Of a stretch of DNA of 64,000 bases, positions 25,466-39,490 are shown piece after piece; position 1 is the stretch's first letter; each line of letters begins with the position of its first letter. The DNA comes from Octopus vulgaris (lineage: Eukaryota). Location: contig OX597824.1 in the NCBI GenBank assembly GCA_951406725.2, positions 56,730,001-56,794,000 of the forward strand, written 5' to 3'. The position numbers and the translations under genes are program-made. The notes under the pieces were generated by a model. It was not told the DNA's origin, searched no databases, and worked only from the letters and a program-made list of their open reading frames with translations.

Positions 25466-27294
25466 GATATGGGCGGCAGAGAGATGCGTCAGTGAAGAAA
25501 GAAAAACAGAGTTTAAAAGGATAAATAAAAATAAGAAAGGGAAAAACAACTAGAGAGAGAAACAAAAATAAAGAATGACTGAAAGAGAAAGAGAGATAGA
25601 GAGAGAGAGAAAGAGAGTTAAAAGGAAGGAGAAGGAAACGTAGCGAGGGAAAAATGAGAAAACTGAAGGTGCGAAGGGGAGAGCATTTGGAGTTGTATAG
25701 GAAATATATTAGATTGAGAATGAAGCAAGTTTTAGTGATAACAGCTAGCAATGCTGCTGCTGCTGCTGATGATGATGATGATGATAATGAGGATTATGAT
25801 GATGATGTGTACCAAAGCCGTAAACGTTACAATATCATCATCTTTCATAGAGAACTCTCAGCCATATATTTATTTCTTCGCTTGTTTATTTCCCATTTCA
25901 CTTGATTGATTGTTTGTTTGCCGTTGTTTGGTTTATTGCTTATCTGTGTTGTTGTCGTTAATGTTGCTATTGTTGTTGTTAGCACTGGTGTTACTGTTTC
26001 GGTGTCGAACACAGCGTCTGTCCTCTGGTCAAAATGTCAAGTTTACCTCGATTAATGCCGCCGAATGGAGGCAATTAGAAACAAATTAACGTGAAACAAA
26101 CAAATAACAAAAAGAATAGCAACAACAATAACAATAACAATCGCCACAATAATAAAAACAAAGATAAAACATTACAAAACTTACAGCATCAATAATAAAA
26201 GTAATATGGACAATAATGAAATTAGAAAATAAGATTAAAATAAAAAACAAAACTTACATATGCATACAAACAAATACAAATATGCATACAAACACATTTA
26301 TTCACAAATATACAAGAGTCACTCAGAAAAATCAAAAACAAAAATGGCTCCCAGATAGTCTCCGAGATTGGCAACGATTGCAAAATCATTGTTGGGAGAC
26401 ATTCTGGGCTGCGTGTGGTGGTTGAAAGCAATGAGCAATGTAAATCATAACGGAAGCAAACAAATGAAGCATCAAAACAGTAGACAAGAATAGATAAATA
26501 AAGAAAATGTGATAAAAACAGTGGAAGGAAACATAAATAAATGTGAAAATAATTTTCTTTTATTCCCGACTTAGGTGGAATAAATTATATTCCCGACTTT
26601 TCTCCTAGCTTTAATTTGGTTATTTTCTTAGTCTAAAAATGAAAGAAAAAACCAAAACACGGCCATTGTTTAAGGAAACCAAGTATATTAGAGGCTGTGT
26701 ATCTCTATTCCTTGTGAATGTAATTGATATTAAATAGTAAATATTACTAAAGGAATTGCTTGAAGCAAAATTAGTTGAGTACTGGACAAACTGTCTCTTC
26801 ACGTTCTGAATTCAATTTCCATGAAATATTTTTATTGTTTCAAAGGTGATAAAACAAGTATTAGACAAATTCGGGAGTCAATGGTTCTCAATCTGATTGG
26901 TTGCTTACTTATATTATTTAATATGTACATATCTGAGACAACCGTTTTTTGATTACATGGTTTCCGATGTTGTTATATCTATTAGAACATTAGTTATGGT
27001 TTTCATCGTATCATTTGTTAATTCTTTGTTTATTCTATATATTCACTGGTTGATCTGATTTCTACTTATCCTTGTACTATTTTGTTCGAATCTTTGGACT
27101 TCTTTCAGTGCGTGTTCAGTTTTTTGATATCCTAATTTTCCTTCTTTAAAAATGAAAATCCGTTTTCATAAGCTCTGATTCATTGGTTGCTACTGAATGT
27201 ATTTTTGATATCCTGTTTATCATACCGTAGTTCGATTTATATTTATTCTGTTTAGATGTTTCACAAGTTTTATTGCCTTTAAAAGGGTTAATTA

Positions 27295-27620
27295 GAGTAT
27301 GGTACTTTGACTAGTCCCATTTACTTGGATTTACTGCAACAATTTGTCATGCCATGCACCCCAGAGGACATTGAAGATGTGGAGTTTTATTTCCAGCTAA
27401 ACGCTCCCTCTCCACACACTACCATAGTAATTTAAAGGACTTAACACGATGAAATTTTGCCAAACAGGACAGTGAGGTTCAGTAGAATGCCTTCCGTGTT
27501 CACCGGATCTTATACCAATAGACTTTTCTTTACAGAGGTACATAGAAGCTTACGGTACACAACCTGCAACAGTCGACGAATTAAAGGCAGATTTAGAAGG
27601 AAATGCTTCTTGCTGTTTGT
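27295..27620 (+). pseudogene. Degenerate Tc1/mariner transposase catalytic fragment
   Basis: IYLDLLQQFVMP..EFYFQLNAPSPH (cf. FQQDGAPPH), CSPDLIPIDF (cf. SPDLxPxDF), PATVDELK. Confidence 0.65.
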
Positions 27621-27727
27621 GATTCCAAAGAAAGAGACAGTGAGTGAGTTGTGTATATGTGAGTGAGGTTGTGTGTGTATGTCGTGAATGTGCGAGTGAA
27701 TATGTGAGTATTTGTGTATGTATGTAT

Positions 27728-27773
<46 letters not shown>

Positions 27774-28460
27774 GGTGAACCACAGGCCATGTTATTCGGA
27801 AGCTGTTTTCATCGCTCAATGCTGCATGTTCGTCCGTCAATCTGTTGCTTGGATCGACCAAGGACTGTGAAAATCAGTGAGCAAGAGCAAGATTAAAGAT
27901 AATCAACAACACAAAATAAAGATTAAGAGGAAAGAATAATAGGCTTGCTTGGCAGAGTAAACTATCTTTAAGACTCTGACCATTCCGTAACACCCACGCC
28001 ACCACATCCATCACCACTACCACCTCCAAAAGCAAACTATCTCGCCATTTTCCCCCTCAGGAGACGGGATACTTCATAAAAATATATAAAAAATCTCTAT
28101 AATCAGTCGGAACCTTTCTATCTGGTCTAAGAACTGTAAGGTGGAAGGTGGATGGGTGGAGGGACAAAGAGATAATGGCAAGTTTGCGTATTAGAGGGCA
28201 CTGCAGGATAATTTTATAGTCTCCTATCTTTACTTCACCCACACCCCCATCGTTTGTTTGATGTTCTCTTGCAGAAAGTTGAAAGGCGATTTCTTTTACC
28301 GAAACCTTATCAGTTGGGAACATATAAATGACCAATAGTTTGTTAGTAGTGGAAATGAGGTGGGAGGAAGGTGGAAGACTGATATTGAAGGAGATCGTTG
28401 TTTATATGTATCTAGCCATTCAATATATAATGATCGATAAAATTAGTTCTGAGGTCGATA

Positions 28461-31002
28461 ACTTTCTTTATTAGCCACACAGGGCCGAACACAGAGGGGA
28501 CAAATACAATGAAGAGTTTTTCTTCTTGAGGTGGGGCGAAAAAAAAAAAAAGGGACAACGATCAAAAGGGATCGAAATCGTTTCGGACGTACAAAAGATT
28601 GAAATAATGCCGTGGGAATAAAAACCTCCGAAAATAATGTTATACAAAAACACATTTACGGTAAGTTATTCGCTTTTTCCTTTCTTTTTCTGGTTCATAG
28701 GATTATGCTCAAGGTGGCTCCGTCATTCACACGTGCCATCCTTGCTACATTCACCCATATTTTGTTGAAACATTCACTAGACAAAACTTCCCTCTCTACT
28801 CTCACCTTCCTTTTCAAGTGATACTTGAAGCAGTTGATGAGAGATTGACCAGAGAGGAAAGTGTTTGTCTTTAGGCCTTTCATACGTGTCCACCATGCAC
28901 ATTCTTTCGCCCTAGCCACAAGTGCGATAAAAATGGCTCTTTCTTCCTGTTTGAATGAAGGAGGGGCGACAATATTGACGATAAACCGACTCGTTCCACA
29001 CACAACAGCAGTCGTTCGACATAAGCCCACAGGTCGGAAATGGTTAGACGTTGCACGAGTGCGTGCAGAACGGTTTCGTCACTCTGACCGCATCTCGGGT
29101 AGGTTGGCCCGGTGTTTCTGGAGCCATGCTTGTAGAGCTTATCCCGAACGGGTAGCGCTTCTCGATGGCCCTGCCAGGCCAGGGATCTCTAAAAGTTGTC
29201 CATAGGTCTCGGTTCGAAAGTTGTCTTGAGCAGGTGGGTCAGGTATTCCTTGTCGACGCCCAGGTTCTCCCCGAGATTGTCGTCGTACCTCCCCTCCACT
29301 AATTCCATATAGAATGCTTTCGTGGTGATGCAGTCGCTGAAGGTCGACCCGGGACAGCATAGTTGCTTGAGAGTAACGTGAGAATCGCTGTGCCATTCGC
29401 CCTTCTTCGGCCTCTTTTTGATCCACGACTGCAGTTCGGTCATGGAAACGAGCTGTAGAAAAGCGCGCCTCACAAATGGCGAGCACACCTGTTCACTATT
29501 GTCTACGGAGAGCCGGAGATGTCGCAGTCTCAGCGCGTGTCTGCGCATCATTAACCACGGCATGCCCAGCCCTTCTTTTAGCGAGTGTTGGCAGCAATCG
29601 GATCGCCTGACCATCGGAATGCTTCCTTTCCACAAGAAGCGGAAGAGGATGCGTTCCAGTTTGGTGATGGTAGGGTAGGGACAAGGCACGACAGTCAGGT
29701 GGTAGTAGATGACGGACGTGATGTATGCGTTCGTCACCTCCGCCCGACCTTTTAGGGACAGCTTCCTCTCGACTCATTGCCGGGAGAGAGTGGACACCCT
29801 TCTCGTTATCTCGTCCCAGTTCTTCTCCGTTTGGAGGTCCGGACCTAACCAAACCCCGAGCAACTTGACTGGAGCGTCGGTCCAGCGTCTCATGACAGAG
29901 GCGCTGCCGGACGGCATGGGCTTGCTTCTCCAGGTGCTGAGCCGCAAGCCCACTGACTTTTCCCGGATGTGGTCATGGCTAGACACTATGACGGTGATGT
30001 CGTCCGAGTATTCGGACACGCTTGTCCCGCATCCCAATTCCCTCGGGATGCCCCTCAGCATCGCCAGCTTCCGCAGTAGTGGATCGAGAGTCAATACGTA
30101 CAGAAGCGACGAGAGGGGGCATCCCTGACGGACCGAACGCGCTATGTCAAATGGTCTCGATAGATGCCCATTCACGCGAATTACCGAACGGATGCCTTTG
30201 TGTAAGGCAGTGATCCAGTCACGGCAAACGAGACAGAAACCAGCCGCTATGAGGACAGCCTCGAAGTATCGATGGTCTACCCTATCGAAAGCTTTGGATT
30301 GATCCAAATTGATCAGTGCGCCACCCATGCCAGTTTCCTTAACTACCTTGTCTATGATGCAGCGCATGAGGTGGAGATTGTCATGGATGCTCCGGCCCGG
30401 CACGGTGCACATTTGCGCCTTGTCGACCAGTTTCTCGATGACAAGCACCAATCTTTTGGCTAGCACCTTGGCCAACATTTTCAAAAATTTTATTGAGCAG
30501 AGTGATGGGCCTAAAGTAATTTTTTACGTCCCCCTTGTTTGGATCTTTCTTTTGCAGCGTTACGGATCCTCAGCTCACAAAACCGGGGGATGCTCCGTTT
30601 TGCGTCCAGTTGCAGTACACTGCTGCCAAGACGCCTCCAAACAAGTCTGGCATACAAATGTAAAGCTCGTAGGGCAGACCATCCAAACCCGGTGATTTGT
30701 CCCCGGAGCATACTGCCATCGCGTCCCGCACGTCCGCCGCTGTGGTGGCAATTTCGCAACACTCTACCTCTCTTACCGAGAGTCGTGGAAGGCTATGCAG
30801 GTAGGCACCCTGCGTTCAGCCTGCGTTCTCGTTCGCCACTTGTCCCGAAAAGTCGGGCAAAGTGCTGCTGAAAGGCCTCACACATTTTACTAGGCTCGAG
30901 TAATTCGCGTTCCTGTTCATCCATCAGAGACCGAATGGTGGCTTTGTTGCCCAGTTTCGCCTCCGCCACCCGGGCCTCTCGCGCGTCTCCAACACATTTC
31001 AT
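28461..31002 (-). mobile_element. 5'-truncated, degraded Tx1/L1-clade LINE (ORF2 RT plus C-terminal zinc knuckle)
   Basis: KVLAKRL, PGRSIHDNL, LDQSKAFDRVDH, SVRQGCPLSSLLY, YSDD, FRFLWKG, PRCGQSDETVLHAL; tail ...TGTGTGGCTAATAAAGAAAG. Confidence 0.9.
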
Positions 31003-31019
31003 ATACCAGGTCCTTTATA

Positions 31020-31250
31020 GTTTCTGACTGTAGCACTGTAATATATTCATGCTTGTCGATATCTGCGGTCTTTCGGATCGTTTCTTGTGGACATTCTGAA
31101 CATTTCCATCTGCTTCAAACACATCACTAATTCGAGTGATGGTAAGTCGTGTTAGTGGATCTGTTTGAAACTGTTTTTACACGTCGACTGCGTTTTCAAA
31201 CTTCCACTTTCATTTTAGAGCAAATTTCCTTTGTTCAAATCTTAGTCTTG
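31020..31250 (-). pseudogene. Degenerate Tc1/mariner N-terminal DNA-binding region (DUF4817-like)
   Basis: FEQRKFALK*KWKFENAVDV*KQFQTDPLTRLTITRISDVFEADGNVQNVHKKRSERP. Confidence 0.6.
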
Positions 31251-31633
31251 CTCTTTATTATTTCTAATAGGTTAAATCTAAAATGAAATGACAAATGAGT
31301 TTATCAGCTGTTAAAGTTTCTATACCTTGTAACCCCCCCCCACAGACACATGGTAGTGTTTCGCCATCATTTACAATATCGTGCTACATATTCTCACTTT
31401 ACACTTCCATTGTTTCTTTCCATTTAAATTTTCTTTCTCACTTTCTCACTTTCACTACCCTTCACCTTCGATTCCACCATAGGATATATGTAGCCATGTG
31501 AGTTAAATTCGAGCCATGCACACTCAATCTGTTAGAAAGAGTAGGCAAATTAGTATCATATCACATCTAACAGTCTTTAAGAGAAATTAAAGAGACACTG
31601 AATAAAAAAGGAAGAAGTGAAAGAGAAAGAGAG

Positions 31634-31686
<53 letters not shown>

Positions 31687-33158
31687 AAGAAAGAAAGAAA
31701 GAAAAAGAGAGAGTGTACGGGATCACATTTACTCTGAAAATAATGGCAGACGACTGTTTTCAGAATACTAATTGATTATTAAAACTACTCTTTAGAAATT
31801 CATTCCATCCTTCCATACATTGTATCATCAAATCGTTCATTTACCATTGAAATATTTCATTCTGACACCATACATCGTATCTTCCTATTCGTTAATGAAC
31901 TCTTACCATGTCTGGACCTTTGTTTTTTAATGTTCTTGAGTTTTCTTTAATACTTCAAACGAAAGCAGAGCAAAGCTATTTTTTCAAACCCTTACCAACT
32001 GCTACTACTAGAACGTCTGTGGGGTGAAATCTGTGATATTAACTAAATATTTCTGATTATTGGTTTAAGGGGCCACTGATAATCTTCCTTTCTCTTCACA
32101 TACCACTTCCGTTTTTCTATTTCTTTTGGCTTTATCGCCATTGTTTGGTTTTTGCTTTATTTTTTTTTAAATAGATTTTACTTTATTTCTATTTATCAAA
32201 CAAGTTCTATGAGATGACTCCTCCATTCCACCCAAACACCTCTCTTCAACTTTTATTTTAGAGACAAGCTGTGGCGACGATGGTGTTGGTGATGGTGATG
32301 ACGATGTTTGGACGTTTGTAGTCGCCATTAGCAAGAGACCGAATGCCTGTACCGCTATATCTCTGCGCCTCACCTAACCACGCTAATACAAGGAAAAAAA
32401 GAATCCAAAAGAAAGCGAATATTTACACACCATAAGATCATTTATCAGATTACGCACGACTCTATTGGATATATAATGCGGCGAGCTCTTGAAGCTTTAA
32501 ACAAACACACACGCCGCCATATAAACACACGTCAGTTATCGTTTGCTACTCGCAGAGCAGCCTTTTTTTTGTTGTTACTTTATACAGAAGCAAATAAAAA
32601 CATCAAGAGGTCAATTATAAAGTGGGGGACCATATGTAATTAAAAGCTTAGATAGATGAAGTGAGGGAGAGAGAAAAGAATAGAAAATGGAAAGAGAGTA
32701 AAAGAGAGTGAGATGGAAAGATATAGAGATATATAACTATTCAGAAGTCCTTCCTTCCATTGCTTTTGCCATTCTAAATTCTTCCAATTTGTTCATTTCC
32801 TTTATTCAGTTTAGCTTCATTCTGTTTTTCCTTCTTCACAAAACTTTCTCAGTTTTTCTCCGTAGTTTTAAATTCATTCTTGTTTTTCCTTCATCGAATT
32901 CTTCACTATCTTTCATTTTATTCCTTCCTCCATCCAATTTCTCATTCTTAATCATTGTCATTTTTTCATTTTAGTACTTCTCTTCATATACACCCTACCA
33001 CCTGGCTATTGCAAAGAAAATGCTGTATCTGTATATATGTACATATACACAAACAAGGGGGGAGAGGGAGGTATATATATATAGAGAAAAGTGATACAAG
33101 CATTATATGTTTTTATATACGTGGATTTATATGAATTGTATATGTGTGTGTGTGTGCG

Positions 33159-33190
<32 letters not shown>

Positions 33191-34173
33191 TGTATGCATA
33201 ATCCATGTACATGTACACACACACACGACGAAATGCAAAAAAAGACTCTGGTTTAGACAGTACGACAGATTATAAACAGGTTTAAAGATATAAACAGATT
33301 TGGAAAATAGATTGAGAGATACTGCATGTGTGTGTGCTGTAGGATGGGGGGGGGGTATTATATATATCCGTTTAGCAACGTTCAAAGAACAGTGTGATCA
33401 TTAACCGTTTGTTCCACGGTGAAAAAAAAAAGAAAAATAAGAAAAGATGGTGGTTTAAATATCGCCCAAGTCAGACGATATTTTAAGAGCAAAGCACAGA
33501 TAACCATAAATACTATTGATAGGGTGATAAAACTTAAGAATTGAACATAGCACTTATATCTAGAAAATACACACACGTGTGTGTGTGTATGTGTGTGTGT
33601 GTATGTGTGTGTGTATGTGTGTGTGTGTGTGTGTGCGTGCGTCTGTGCATGCGAATTTATCTACTACGTCAGATACAGATAACCAGAAAAGCCGATAAGA
33701 GCTTAAAATAGTAAAATAAGCAAACAATGAAGAATGGAAGATTATAGATAATGTGAAAGACAGGAGTATCCAAATATAATAACTTTTATTTGCTTCATGT
33801 ATAAATATTTTTTATTTAGAACTTAGTGAAGAAATATTCGATGATGAAATAGCCATGTGTATGTGATGCCCTGATTATTAGATCTAGAGTCATAATTACT
33901 TGGTTTGCTTTAATAGTTCCGTGAAGTCGGTATTCTTCTTACATGGTAGCCATGAAGTGTTCCGGTTTCTTTTGACAGGTCTACTTCTGTTCTGTTGAAA
34001 TTACGTTTTCTTACTTTAAATCTCATGCGCTGCATCAATTTCGAAAATTAGTTCAGAGGTTGTTGGCCGTCTTCAGGTTGGAGACGTAGCATGTATAATT
34101 GACGGCCGAATGGACTCCGGTAAATGTACCCAAGGATCATGTGGCACTGTAAAGTAGGAAGATAGTTCTTTTG

Positions 34174-34495
34174 GTGAAGGCGCGTGACTTAGTGATTAGG
34201 ATATTTAGCTCACGACCTAAGGTCGTAAGTTCGATACCCGGTGGAGTGTCGTGTCCTTCAGCGTGATATTTTATTTCACGTTGTTCCAGTCCATTCAGCT
34301 AGGAAAAATGAGTAGTGCATGTAATTAAAAAGGACCCAGCCTTGTCATATTTTGTGTTACACTGAATCTTCCTGAGAACTACGTTAAGGGTACGCGTGTC
34401 TGTGGAGTGCCCAGCCACTTGCACGTTAATTTCACAAGCAAGCTCTTCCGTTGATCGGATCAGCTGGAACACTCGTCGTCGTAATTGACGGTGTG
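34174..34495 (+). mobile_element. SINE family C copy
   Basis: GTGAAGGCGCGTGACTTAGTG...AAGTTCGATACCC...GTGTCCTT...AAAAATGAGT, similar to 2065-2321. Confidence 0.6.
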
Positions 34496-34737
34496 CCATT
34501 ATTTCACTATAGTTCTTTTGACCGGCTTTCACTTAGATTCCGTCTTGCCTGTTTTAATCGCTCTGTCGAGGCTATGTTAACGTTGTATGGGTCTGAACTT
34601 AAAATTACATACTTAAGAAGCGAACTTGTTAAACACATGCCTGCACCCACCAAACTAAATTCTAATGAGGTGGGTTGTCGCTTGACGATCGCAGTGGTAC
34701 GAAACTCGAGCCGCGAGATGAACATCCAGTTTGCAAC

Positions 34738-34783
<46 letters not shown>

Positions 34784-35666
34784 GCGCATGCACATTCCTC
34801 ATCGATCAAGCCCAAAGTTTAGTAGAAAAAATCTTGCAAAAATCCCCGTGCAGTTCGATCGATATCGAAACCACGTGGTTGTGGAGCGAACTTATTAATC
34901 ACAGCATTTTTTGTTTCTAATAATGGTTTAAAATTTTGGCACAAGATCAGCAATTTTAGAGTAAGTCGATAACATCGTGCCTAGTACTCAGAACGTCGAA
35001 ATTCAAATTTGAACTCACTCGGAAGAAATGCGATTTTGTCCGACGCGGCCAGCTTGCCGCTTTTCTGTTTGTAATAATAGTTTCTATCATCGGCGCAAGA
35101 ACTGAAATTTAGAGGGAGGAGGACTAGTCGATTTTATCGACGTCAGTACGCAACTAGAACACATTCTATCGACCGCAAAGGATAGCAGACCTCGACGAAA
35201 TTTGAAATCGGAACGTAAAGCTCGAAGAAATACTGCTAAAGATTCTGTCTGATATACTAACGGTTCTGCCAGAACGACAGATGATTCTAGATATTTTTAC
35301 CGATTTTGGAATTAGTCAGAAAAAAAATGTAGCCTTGTCACAAATTATCGATGCGTAGAGATAGAATCTATACAGAAATATAGATTTGGTGGTGTGAAGA
35401 AAGTGAAACGAAGCCAGCCTGGTGAGGATCAGTTACACATATCAATTCTGGATTACAAGATATAGGAACATTTTGATCGTTAAACAAATCTTTGCTCCTC
35501 TTTTAATTTTGAGAATGTAGACAATTATGAAAAAATACCAACTTTAGTAGTACAGGAATTATCTCTTTAAAACTAAAATATGCTGCACGGTGATGCAAGT
35601 ACGTATGTATGTATGTATGTATGTATGTATGTATGTATGTATGTATGTATGTATGTATGTATGTAT

Positions 35667-38153
35667 CAGTGGCGTGCGGTGACTTCCGGGGTTGGGCATG
35701 CAATGAATTTCTTTACCCCCCCCCCCGGCAATTTTTCAGTAAAAAAAATTTCGAATTCCTACGATTTACATATGGGAGATTCTGAATATGCAATCACCCC
35801 CGTATGACCTAGAATAAAAACAACGTCGCCCTGGTACTATTTAAGAAGAGTGGTCCCGTTGCGCGCGCTCGCGCATCCGCGCTGGCTAGTCGTGACTAGA
35901 GATCCTACGACTATCTAGCAAAGTAAATAAAATCTTTAAACAAAATATACAAAACACAAAAACACAAAGTAAATAATATTTTAAACAAAGTAAATAAAAC
36001 ACAAAAACACAAAGTAAGGATCGACTAGTCACGACTAGCTGGCGTGGATGCTCGGGTGCGCGCATCGAAACCACTCTTCTTAAATAGTACCCATGATTTT
36101 TAAATTGTCTGCAATACTCATCAAATTTGTTGAAATTCGAAAGTTCCATGAATTTAAACTCTTCTAAGGATGAATATCGTGCTTTTATTTGGTCAACTAT
36201 TGTACTGATAATTTTGTTATAAAGCATTTTATAATGTCGTTGGGGCTCAATAGATATATTCTTGGATCTCTGAATTCCGATTCTTGCATCGACTCCATAT
36301 TTTCCCCCTAACATATAAATGATTGAAAAATTATCAAGTTTGTTTTCGAGTACAATTCTAGTTTTATCTATTTGCTCTTTACAATACACTATGTCATGAC
36401 TTTTACTCGAGAGGATGTTAAATAAGACGTCAGTAAAAGAAAAAATCTCACTGAATACTTCTAACAAAAATAAGAAATCAGGAGCTTTTAAGTGTGTAAG
36501 AATCTAATTGCTGAATTTATGGTGGTATCATTCCATGCTTCAGGATTTTCAATGATGTGCTCAAAAAGGCTGATTATGAAATTATAATTTTCCTTTGTGG
36601 TAATAATAAGCCGTGAGGAGTAATTCCATTGCTGTTGCCTTCGGAAATTTTTTTTTTAACAATGTTATCTAATGCATTAGCCCTTTTCGGTGATTTCGTA
36701 AAAATGTACTCAGTCCGTTTATTGTACAAAAAGATATCTTGCGTTCTTTCATAGCAGAGCATGATTGTGAAAGAACTAAATTTAGGATATGGGCACAACA
36801 ATGAATAAAGATCGCACATTCATATTTCTTTCTTACTTTTGCCTGTAACCCATTTAATTGTCCTGCCATTGTAGTGGCACCGTTATAGGTTCGTGCAATC
36901 AATTTGTTTTCACATTTCCACAATTCAATGCATTTAGAAACATGTTCAGATAAAGCATTTGCAGATCGATCTTCACTAACATCACTAAAACCGATAAATC
37001 GTTCTTTCGTCAGACAGTCTTCTGTAACATAACGTAAAACTGTTGACAGTTGTGAATATGCTGAGGCATCAGATGTCTCATCAACAAAAATAGAAACAAA
37101 CTTAGCTTGCTCGATTTCCTTTTGCATCTCATTCAACATAACTTTATGAATTGCATCGATCAAGTCATTTTGAATTCTGTTTGACAGACCGGTGAAGATA
37201 GAAGCTGTATCTAGATGACTTTCCATTTTTTGTCATATTTACTGATTACATATACGAGTTCTTTATAATTTCCACTATTATTAGAGCCTTCAGATTCAAA
37301 ATGACCCCAAAACGATAATTCCTGGAAGCCTAAAAAAATAACAACATCGATTAATCATTGCAGAATGGATCTGTTTCATCTGACTTTCTCATTATGATGT
37401 TGTATTCTTTGATTTTTACATGCATCAAATTGTAAGTCTATGCGAACATTCTCGAATATTTTAAGATCTATCAAAGATTTTATATGCCTTTGAGAACGCT
37501 TGTGCTTTAACATAGCCATATGTAAATTATTTAAATCATCATAGCCTTTATCATTCCAAACATTCTTTTCTAAGCAAGAAAGTAAACAAGGCCAACAGAA
37601 TAATTTTATAAGGATAGCATTCCCAGTTAACCATTTTTTCTTTTCATACAAATTAACCTGAAATTGTCTCGTGAATTTCTTGTTGTAGCTTCGCAGATTA
37701 GGTAAATTCGGTGTTGGTCTCCCACCATTTATAATTAATTATCTTCCATCGAAGTCTCTTTCGAAAAACTATTTCTCAAAATATCGTTTATAACACACAT
37801 TTCACTCATTTCGTAAAAGGCTGTTCTTGTTTACGAACACACGTGGAAGCGCCGGCGTAAATTGTAAGTCAATTTCAACAAAACGGAAAAATAATCTTAG
37901 TTAAATTAATTTAAGATTAATTAGCTACTTCTGAAATAAGAACTATAATATAAATTATATTTTTGTTTTCAGAACACTCAAAAAATATAATAGTGCAAAC
38001 AGATGTTTAGCAACAATTCTACACTAGCAAAGAGACAGAGAGTGGGTATCATGCGGTCATCTCAAAGCATGACATGCTACTGAGAGAGAGAGGAAGGGGG
38101 TACAAAATATTATGAACGACCTTTCCTCCTAGCATCTGTTTTATCAAGTCACT

Positions 38154-38201
<48 letters not shown>

Positions 38202-38442
38202 GGAGGGACAAACTCACAAAGAGACAGAGAGGAAGGTCATGCGGGTTTTCTCGAAGCATGACTTCTCAAAGCAGAAGTACGAGTCACTGAGAGAGGAGAA
38301 GGGGAGACAAAATATTTCCAAAACAACTGGACGGATTTTCTTTGAAACAAAGTAACTATTTTATCTAATTTTCGATCATATGGATAAACAAATCACAGGG
38401 CATGCAACGCATACCTTGCATACCTGAGAGTGCACGCCCCTG
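35667..38442 (-). mobile_element. hAT DNA transposon (ZMYM1/Tip100-like transposase, disrupted)
   Basis: TIRs CAGTGGCGTGC / CAGGGGCGTGC with GTATGTAT on both sides within (GTAT)n; ORF pieces LFCWPCLL, SNRIQNDLI, VDETSDAS, IHCCAHILNLVL. Confidence 0.92.
35833..36091. mobile_element. MITE with ~75-bp imperfect TIRs nested in the hAT transposase 3' end
   Basis: GGTACTATTTAAGAAGAGTGGT...ACCACTCTTCTTAAATAGTACC, perfect over 22 bp; no clear TSD. Confidence 0.8.
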
Positions 38443-38486
38443 GTATGTATGTATGTATGTATGTATGTATGTATGTATGTATGTAT

Positions 38487-38967
38487 TGTTATGGTTACTG
38501 CATGACAACGAAACAGCCCCCAATCGAAACCAGCGAGTAAAACGAACAGGTCTATATGATTCAGTTATGTATTGAAAAATATGATAACGTTTACAATAAT
38601 GGCAGTACAGAGTTGATACTATATAACTGGATCAATAATTAAATATTGAACAAAGAATAATAATTACCAGAGTCATGAGTCCAAGAAGTATTGATTGAAG
38701 ATGTAGGTTTCTGAACACAGATTTCAATGTCTATGACGACGCTTGACGAAAGCGTACATTTGAAAACCGTATAATGCAAAGTCGTGCCGCAGTCGTCCTT
38801 CACCGTCTTTTATACTCTAAGGCACTTACAAAATAATCTGGCAAAAGTGCACTACGTCACTGTCTCTCCCCTTAATGCAAGAAACTTCTCGCCCAAAGTA
38901 GTAGTTTCTCCGAGCCAAGCGAAGCAAAGCAAAGAGGCGGCAATCTTTTTTCTTTAAGAATAATTGG

Positions 38968-39024
<57 letters not shown>

Positions 39025-39167
39025 ATGTATATATATATATATATATGTATATATATAGTGACTTCACTAGTTCAAAACCAACCAATGGGCTAAACCTTTT
39101 CGACCTAAAGATAACTATAACTTAATTATTACAATATTATAATTAAGAATGATACATTCTCATAACA
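38487..39167 (-). repeat. 3' LTR (TGTTATG...CATAACA) with adjacent polypurine tract at 39168-39176
   Basis: 7-bp terminal inverted repeat; minus-strand GGGGAAGAG immediately precedes TGTTATG; homologous to 42818-43275. Confidence 0.85.
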
Positions 39168-39180
39168 CTCTTCCCCTTAA

Positions 39181-39490
39181 CATATAAAGCGCGACGAGCC
39201 ACGATCATGGCCGTCATACATAGGTCGACAGGCCACGATCGTGGCGCAGGTAGATGCATTTAATTTATGGGCATTTGTTGGGGTCTAATGTCACTCAAAC
39301 GCTCCGATATGCTCCAGAACTTGTGAACTAATAGTTTAGCTAATGACTTTTCAGATGTAAAACTTGCCACCATTATATACTAAGAAGATATTTTAATTAT
39401 TTTTTGTTTATGTCTGTATAGTAGTCTCATTTTCATAAAATGTGCTCAGCAGTCCTTGCTATGTAAGTACAAATCCCAGCACTTTATGGG
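39181..39490. mobile_element. piggyBac-type MITE in a TTAA next to the PPT
   Basis: TTAA|CATATAAAGCGC...GCACTTTATGGG|TTAA. Confidence 0.7.

Noticed and set aside
24680-25751. Long ORFs (239-344 aa)
   Set aside because: Translations of a GA/CT low-complexity tract.
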